From: Candidatus Buchananbacteria bacterium
GTDB lineage: Bacteria; Patescibacteriota; Patescibacteriia; CAIXNZ01
DNA length: 64,000 bases
NCBI GenBank assembly: GCA_014729025.1
Contig: WJKP01000014.1
Coordinates: 543 to 64,542 of the forward strand
Reading direction: 5' to 3'
Part shown: piece by piece, positions 58,845 to 64,000 of the stretch
How the letters are laid out: every line of letters begins with the position of its first letter
Position numbering within the stretch: the first letter of the stretch is position 1
Notes under the pieces: model-generated
What the model was told of the DNA's origin: nothing
The model's database searches: none
The model's input: the letters and a program-made list of their open reading frames with translations, nothing else
Translations under genes and position numbers: made by a program

Positions 58845-59477
58845 TTAAATTAAATTTTTCAGCTCTTTACCTGATTGTAGGATCCTATCAGCCTGTGAAA
58901 AATCCTGGTCTTGAGTTGTCTTGGTTGGTATAACATAACAAGTCATACCGGCTTTTTTGGCTGCCTGTAAACCGATGCTGGTATCTTCAATTACTAAACA
59001 ATCTTTAGGTTCAAGGTTTAATTTGGCAGCTGCTTTTAAATAACAATCAGGCGCTGGTTTTCTTTGCTCACAATCTTCAAAACTAACAATCGCCTGAAAA
59101 ACATTTTGCAAACCGGCTCTTTGGATAATTTTATCAGTGCTGGGTCTGGCTGACGAAGTCACTAAGCCTAAAGTAATATTTTGCTGAGATAGTTTTTTAA
59201 TCAAATCAATAATCTCATTAAATAAAGGTGCTGTTTCAATACCTTGTAAATATAATTCACGTTTGATTTGCCGGTATTGGGCAAAATCAAAATCAGGATA
59301 TTTTTGTTTAAAATATTCCTGATAATCTACCGGATGAGTGCCAATAATCAGATCTTTTTCCTTTTCAGTCAGCTCAATACCTTGCTGGCTAAAAGCTTTA
59401 ATAGCTGAATCAAGGTTAATTGGTTCAGTATCAATAATCACGCCGTCCCGATCAAAAATAATAGCTTTAAATTGCAT
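58845..59477 (-). CDS. HAD-superfamily phosphatase (beta-PGM-like)
   Basis: FDRDGVIID, KPAPD, IEDT..G..AA. Confidence 0.9.
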   Translation of the reverse strand: MQFKAIIFDRDGVIIDTEPINLDSAIKAFSQQGIELTEKEKDLIIGTHPVDYQEYFKQKYPDFDFAQYRQIKRELYLQGIETAPLFNEIIDLIKKLSQQNITLGLVTSSARPSTDKIIQRAGLQNVFQAIVSFEDCEQRKPAPDCYLKAAAKLNLEPKDCLVIEDTSIGLQAAKKAGMTCYVIPTKTTQDQDFSQADRILQSGKELKNLI

Positions 59478-59488
59478 AAAATATTTCT

Positions 59489-60076
59489 TTAAATTATATT
59501 AAATAAAATTAAAATACCCAATATTAACAAGCCCAAAATTGCGATTTCTTTTTTGTATTTTAATTTGTAAAGTTTCTCTGAAAAATAAATCACCAAAATA
59601 ATCTGCAATATAGTGGCTATGATAATACCACTGGCCACTGCCAGTTTTAAATAAAAATTAAGATTAACAAATAGCCCGGCAAATACAATGCTGTCATCAA
59701 TCAAAGTCACAAAAGCCACAATAAAGCCAGCCAAAATTGTTTGGAAAAATTTTTGTAAAGAAACTTTTTTTATGACTTTTTTTTCAATTTTACTGCTTTT
59801 TTTAGCTTTAAAAACATCAAAGTAAACCAAACCAGCTAAAATAAAAATCAACCCGGCACTGATTATTTTGGTATAAGCAAAAGAGCTTAAAACCCAAGCA
59901 AAAATTATACTGATTACAATCACCAGTAAAACCGCTAAAAAATTACCAATAGAAAAGGCGATCTTGTCTTTACGGGTGCGGGTTAAACTGGCAATCAAAG
60001 GGATTCTGGTCAAAAAATCATCAAAACTGGCAATTGTTTTGGTAAATAAACCTAAAATAATGTATTTATAAAACAT
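59489..60076 (-). CDS. Six-TM transporter with internal duplication (CadD/LysE-like)
   Basis: Repeated ASFDD and TLIDD motifs in the two halves. Confidence 0.55.
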   Translation of the reverse strand: MFYKYIILGLFTKTIASFDDFLTRIPLIASLTRTRKDKIAFSIGNFLAVLLVIVISIIFAWVLSSFAYTKIISAGLIFILAGLVYFDVFKAKKSSKIEKKVIKKVSLQKFFQTILAGFIVAFVTLIDDSIVFAGLFVNLNFYLKLAVASGIIIATILQIILVIYFSEKLYKLKYKKEIAILGLLILGILILFNII

Positions 60077-60079
60077 TAA

Positions 60080-61279
60080 TTATTTTTTCAATAATTTAAA
60101 AATTAAAATTAAAAGTAACAGCAAAATCACAAAAACGCCAAGCAAAACCAGATAAAACATAGAACCTGTCAGCTGACCGGTTTCTTTTACAAAATCAGTC
60201 TTTTTATCTTTAAAACTAAAATCTTTAATGGCTACTTTTCGAAAACCGTCTTGTTCATAAATTTGGGCGACTTTTTCTCCGTCCGGACTCAGCACGCCGA
60301 CTTGTTCAATATAATCATTATCACTGTAAAGATACCGACTAAAATCACAACAAGGTTTTTGTTCACTTTCACCTAATTGTTCGATCTGATCAGACAATAA
60401 ATCATACTGATAAACCGGGTAATTCACATAAAGATCCTGATCAGCTGAAAATTTTAAATAATCCAAACTTAAACGGTCAAAAGTTAGCAGTAATTCATTA
60501 CGGTTTTGGGAAAAATAATCATCCAAATCAATTGTCTTGGTAATTGATTTTTGAGTATTATAAATTTTGATTTCTTGTAAAGAAGCGTAAATCAAATAAT
60601 TGTTTTGCGGTGACCAAATCGGTTCAGTAATCAAATAACCAGCCACGTTTTCCAATTGTCTGACTTTGTTATTTTGCAAATCATGTAATTCAACCTGCGG
60701 TTGCTGGTTTTTAAATTTTATAACTGCCACGTAATTACTGTCAGCTGACCAGACCGGATTAAAATATCCTTGATACTGTAGAAATTGCTCTATTTCAGGC
60801 TGGTATTTAGTTAAAATCTCGTTACGGTCAACTGTTAGTTCGGTTTGATTAGTATCAAGTTCTTGCAAAGCCAAAACCATGGCTAATAAATCAGTCAAAT
60901 CCTGGGAAAAAGTATCGATTTTATAACAACTGCCAATATTGACTGGTTCGCCGCCTTCATCACCATTAGACAAGATACAATTATCTTTTAATCTTAAATT
61001 TATAATATTAATGTCATTGCCATAAGCAATCGTTGAATCAATTAAAATCTTTTTATCAGTTAATTGGTCGGTTTTGACTAGTTTTTCTCTAGCATAGTCA
61101 AGCACTGCGACATTATTATTAAGCCTGGCAAAAGCTTCGGTTGAAGTATAGCCGCTAAAATAATTTAGATAAACCGAACCGCTTTGAAAAATATCACTGC
61201 CATAAACAGTAGCTTGGCTGGGTAAAACTATACCAAACATTAAAACAAAAATAATAAAACATAAAATTATTTTTTTCAT
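60080..61279 (-). CDS. Exported protein with TolB-like repeats and C-terminal membrane anchor
   Basis: Signal peptide from MKKIILCFII (61279), PVWSAD/PIWSPQ/LSPDG repeats, terminal TM helix + KK. Confidence 0.75.
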   Translation of the reverse strand: MKKIILCFIIFVLMFGIVLPSQATVYGSDIFQSGSVYLNYFSGYTSTEAFARLNNNVAVLDYAREKLVKTDQLTDKKILIDSTIAYGNDINIINLRLKDNCILSNGDEGGEPVNIGSCYKIDTFSQDLTDLLAMVLALQELDTNQTELTVDRNEILTKYQPEIEQFLQYQGYFNPVWSADSNYVAVIKFKNQQPQVELHDLQNNKVRQLENVAGYLITEPIWSPQNNYLIYASLQEIKIYNTQKSITKTIDLDDYFSQNRNELLLTFDRLSLDYLKFSADQDLYVNYPVYQYDLLSDQIEQLGESEQKPCCDFSRYLYSDNDYIEQVGVLSPDGEKVAQIYEQDGFRKVAIKDFSFKDKKTDFVKETGQLTGSMFYLVLLGVFVILLLLLILIFKLLKK

Positions 61280-61375
61280 AAATTTGTAATTAATAATTAT
61301 TATTTTCAATAAATATTCTTTGTACTACTGCCTAATTCCTAATACCTATTGCCTGCCTTAATTTTAACTTTAATT
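61248..61375 (+). repeat. 128-bp perfect direct repeat, copy 1
   Basis: Identical to 62521-62648 by manual alignment. Confidence 0.92.
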
Positions 61376-61394
61376 ATAAGTAAAGTCAAAGATA

Positions 61395-61423
61395 TTGACA
61401 AAAATTAAAATATGTGCTATGAT
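61395..61423 (+). promoter_or_regulatory. Sigma70 promoter, cassette 1
   Basis: TTGACA, 17 nt spacer, TATGAT with upstream TG. Confidence 0.75.
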
Positions 61424-61484
61424 ATAATAATTCATCCTCCTTTACCCTGATTAAAAAGGGATTGTCCCAAAAAAAGGAGGAAAA

Positions 61485-61772
61485 ATGGAACTTCATCTCG
61501 GATTGGAAAATCAGCAGCTGTACAAAGGCTGCGAGGTAACTGAAGTAGCAGGGCGCATGACCCTGACTACTCCGGTTGAGGAAGCGGTCAACATTGTTGG
61601 CCGCAACATTAAGGAAATAGTGGACGCAACAGAGGATCGGGAAGAAATCGTTCTGACTGGTCCTATGGCTGTGTGGAGCTACTTAGTAGTTTTCCACGCA
61701 GTAGTTCACTCTTTCAAAAAAGTCTTTTATGCTGACGGCAAAGGCGATAAAGTCTTGATTGCCATGCATTAA
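61485..61772 (+). CDS. Csx3/Crn3-like small protein (candidate ring nuclease)
   Basis: EIVLTGPMAVWSYLVVFHAVVH...Y.D..G..VLIAMH resembles the Csx3 pattern; AAGGAGG RBS. Confidence 0.55.
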   Translation: MELHLGLENQQLYKGCEVTEVAGRMTLTTPVEEAVNIVGRNIKEIVDATEDREEIVLTGPMAVWSYLVVFHAVVHSFKKVFYADGKGDKVLIAMH

Positions 61773-61783
61773 ACAGGTCCGAC

Positions 61784-61812
61784 GAGGGGAACCTTTAATC
61801 CCCTCTTTTTTT
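61784..61812 (+). terminator. Intrinsic terminator, cassette 1
   Basis: GAGGGGA...TCCCCTC + T7. Confidence 0.85.
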
Positions 61813-61882
61813 ATTGGCAAAATTATTTCAAATAAAATTTTAAAAAAACAATTGCTGTTTTAATTTTAGCCAAAGTCAAAGC

Positions 61883-61911
61883 TTGACAATTTATAAAAAT
61901 AAGGTTAAATT
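61883..61911 (+). promoter_or_regulatory. Sigma70 promoter, cassette 2
   Basis: TTGACA, 17 nt spacer, TAAATT. Confidence 0.7.
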
Positions 61912-61962
61912 AATATATACGATAATTTTGTAAAAATGATCTTTTTAAAAAAGGAGGAAATC

Positions 61963-62025
61963 ATGGGTAAAGGCGCTAAGTCAAAGGTGAAAAAAATTCA
62001 AGCAAAGATAAAATTTAAATTTTAA
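61963..62025 (+). CDS. 20-aa cationic micro-peptide
   Basis: MGKGAKSKVKKIQAKIKFKF; AAGGAGG RBS 5 nt upstream, own promoter and terminator. Confidence 0.55.
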   Translation: MGKGAKSKVKKIQAKIKFKF

Positions 62026-62052
62026 GCCGCCTGATAAAAAATCAGGCGGCTT
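62024..62052. terminator. Bidirectional terminator
   Basis: AAGCCGCCTGAT-AAAAA-ATCAGGCGGCTT. Confidence 0.88.
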
Positions 62053-62062
62053 TTACTTGCTG

Positions 62063-62233
62063 TCATCTACGCGAATACTTTTTTTTATCGCCAGTGCATC
62101 CAAGTATTGTTTTTATACGGCCGCTACCACCACAGGCTGAACAAGTTGTAGTGGTACAGCTATTACTGTCACCACGACTGATAACCTGTTTCTTGCCAGA
62201 ACCACCACAGGAAGAACAACTTTTCCATCCCAT
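62063..62233 (-). CDS. 56-aa DnaJ-type (CxxCxGxG) zinc-finger protein
   Basis: MGWKSCSSCGGSGKKQVISRGDSNSCTTTTCSACGGSGRIKTILGCTGDKKKYSRR; GAGGAGG RBS; not in the ORF track. Confidence 0.8.
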   Translation of the reverse strand: MGWKSCSSCGGSGKKQVISRGDSNSCTTTTCSACGGSGRIKTILGCTGDKKKYSRR

Positions 62234-62337
62234 CTTAATTACCTCCTCAGATGATTTAAAAAATTTAACTATTTCACTTTTTCCATCTATATATAACCTC
62301 CTTCTTAAAAAATAAAGCTAAAAAATGCCCCTTATTA

Positions 62338-62366
62338 AGGTTACATATAATAAATTAATTTGTCAA
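62338..62366 (-). promoter_or_regulatory. Sigma70 promoter, cassette 3
   Basis: Minus strand TTGACA, 17 nt spacer, TAACCT. Confidence 0.55.
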
Positions 62367-62520
62367 GCCCAAAAATAAAATAGCTCATAAGAACTATTTT
62401 TCATATTTTATTTTTATTATAACAAAACAAACATCATATTTTAAAAACCATCTGAAAGATGATATACTTTCTTAGTAATTATCAATTTTATGCAAGTACC
62501 AAGAGGTAAAAATAGATGAT

Positions 62521-62648
62521 AAAATAATAAAACATAAAATTATTTTTTTCATAAATTTGTAATTAATAATTATTATTTTCAATAAATATTCTTTGTACTA
62601 CTGCCTAATTCCTAATACCTATTGCCTGCCTTAATTTTAACTTTAATT
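62521..62648 (+). repeat. 128-bp perfect direct repeat, copy 2
   Basis: Identical to 61248-61375. Confidence 0.92.
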
Positions 62649-62665
62649 TTAGTCAAAGTTAAAGC

Positions 62666-62694
62666 TTGACAAAACATAAAGATGATGTTAAATT
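62666..62694 (+). promoter_or_regulatory. Sigma70 promoter, cassette 4
   Basis: TTGACA, 17 nt spacer, TAAATT with upstream TG. Confidence 0.7.
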
Positions 62695-62739
62695 AGACTA
62701 TTCAATCTTAAACAAAGAACCTTAAAAAAGGAGGAAACA

Positions 62740-63627
62740 ATGTTTAGAAACACATGGGCGATTTGGTTATTAATCTTTCAAATTGGATTGCATTTCCTAA
62801 ACCTTTGGGTCTTACCCCATCGGAACGGCGTGCCAGTTTCTAATCTCAGGATAATCATGAACTTAGTGGCGGGTATTGGGACTATCATATTCGCCTACTG
62901 GGCGTGGCGACAGATAAGCAGAATCTACCTACATTACAAGGTATTGCGCCTTTTCCCCCAGATAATTGGGCATGAACCGGTTTTGGGCGAATTATTTTTC
63001 GCTGCTATCAGTATGAGTGGTTTGGAAATCTATGAGAAATCGAAGCCACATTTTGAACAGAACGAACGAAATATACAGAGAGATAAAAAAATCTCCGCTA
63101 AATTACGAAAAGACCGGCAACGTCTAAAACAACAAACCTTTAAGCAAGCTGAAGTTTATTGGCAAGACCTGGCTGAACTGCATGCTTGGAAAGTTTTTCT
63201 TCAAGAAATCGTACCTGAAACTCTGGCAATTGATATTCAGCCTATCCTGGATAATATTCAGCTCAGCCAAGAGTCACGGCAAGATATCCGTAAGGTCAGG
63301 GACGACCTACAAGCGTGGCAGGACAGAGGCACCTTAAACGGACCCTTTGACTTGGAGCTTTTTAGCCAAGTAGAACACGCCGGCAGGAAATTTGCTGAAT
63401 TGATAGATAAGGCTATTATTGAAAACGACCGGATTAATCAGCTTCGGGCCAGACTCGCTCAGCAAGCTGGAGCCATGCTCAATGATCCCAGTTTAAAGCT
63501 CAAACTGGGCCCTAAAGACATAGAACTTCTGAAAGAGGTCAAAACCAAAGCCAGTCAACCACTTAAACCACGCGACCTCAGAAAAATACAATATAACTTT
63601 GAACGGGTTGCTAAGACTCTAAACTAA
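62740..63627 (+). CDS. Hypothetical protein with two N-terminal TM helices and a helical cytoplasmic region
   Basis: 295 aa, AAGGAGG RBS, visibly higher GC than the core genes. Confidence 0.75.
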   Translation: MFRNTWAIWLLIFQIGLHFLNLWVLPHRNGVPVSNLRIIMNLVAGIGTIIFAYWAWRQISRIYLHYKVLRLFPQIIGHEPVLGELFFAAISMSGLEIYEKSKPHFEQNERNIQRDKKISAKLRKDRQRLKQQTFKQAEVYWQDLAELHAWKVFLQEIVPETLAIDIQPILDNIQLSQESRQDIRKVRDDLQAWQDRGTLNGPFDLELFSQVEHAGRKFAELIDKAIIENDRINQLRARLAQQAGAMLNDPSLKLKLGPKDIELLKEVKTKASQPLKPRDLRKIQYNFERVAKTLN

Positions 63628-63648
63628 TTAAGCCCAAACCTCAAACCC

Positions 63649-63681
63649 AAAGCGTCCCTTCTTATAAGGTGGCGCTTTTTT
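63649..63681 (+). terminator. Intrinsic terminator, cassette 4
   Basis: AAAGCGTCCCTT...AAGGTGGCGCTTT + T-run. Confidence 0.7.
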
Positions 63682-63740
63682 ATTTTAAATAAAATTTCCA
63701 ACAACCAAGGTCTAATTACTAACGCCCAATGCCTAACAAC

Positions 63741-63881
63741 TTATCTAGTTTCATACATCTCAACTGCTTCGTCAAGATCATCAATATCATGTTCATACAT
63801 TAAATCAGCTACTTCTTCAGCTGTATAGCGATCCAAGTTATAATTATCCATTAGTTCTAAAATTGTTTCTGGGTCAGGCAT
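63741..63881 (-). CDS. 46-aa highly acidic protein
   Basis: MPDPETILELMDNYNLDRYTAEEVADLMYEHDIDDLDEAVEMYETR; 16 of 46 residues are D/E; not in the ORF track. Confidence 0.65.
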   Translation of the reverse strand: MPDPETILELMDNYNLDRYTAEEVADLMYEHDIDDLDEAVEMYETR

Positions 63882-63922
63882 AAAAAAATTTTAATGAGAT
63901 TATTTTTATCTTGTGTCATTTT

Positions 63923-64000
63923 TTATTTCAACCACTTGTCCAGCAACCAATCGATGTCTTGCTTTTTTTGCCAGTTATGCTGCATTTTTTTGATTAGCTT
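63923..64000 (-). CDS. Possible 3' end of a CDS entering from outside the window
   Basis: Open frame KLIKKMQHNWQKKQDIDWLLDKWLK-stop. Confidence 0.35.
   Translation of the reverse strand, partial: KLIKKMQHNWQKKQDIDWLLDKWLK

Noticed and set aside
62094-62315. 73-aa plus-strand ORF (PLPPQAEQ...)
   Set aside because: Antisense shadow of the CxxCxGxG zinc-finger gene, which has the RBS.
1-64000. Alternative genetic code (UGA = Gly, as in Gracilibacteria/Absconditabacteria)
   Set aside because: Genes are full length under code 11, TGA ends genes such as htpX and dsbA, and prfB is present.

Overview
AT-rich bacterial chromosomal segment. Gene content (pheST, murI, lemA-htpX-clpC, radA, recG, comF next to a VirB4/PrgI/VirB6-type secretion locus, giant Cys-rich exported proteins, class III RNR, few Shine-Dalgarno sites) points to Patescibacteria (CPR), probably a Parcubacteria/ABY1-type lineage; this taxonomy is inferred. 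It holds about 60 CDS and three tRNAs: Arg(GCG), Ser(GCT), Ser(TGA). I found no CRISPR array, rRNA or transposase. Most notable: (1) a split anaerobic ribonucleotide reductase, whose glycyl-radical loop is on a separate 46-aa ORF missing from the ORF track, followed by a G-U-rich 111-nt RNA hairpin; (2) a schizorhodopsin-type (FSE motif) microbial rhodopsin within an msrAB/TspO/quinone-reductase stress cluster; (3) an array of small self-contained expression cassettes at 61.2-63.7 kb, with a perfect 128-bp direct repeat, a stand-alone Csx3/Crn3-like protein behind an SD-sequestering leader, and several unannotated micro-ORFs; (4) the T4SS-like locus with a 2637-aa Cys-rich protein. All family calls come from motif recognition by eye; no database searches were run.
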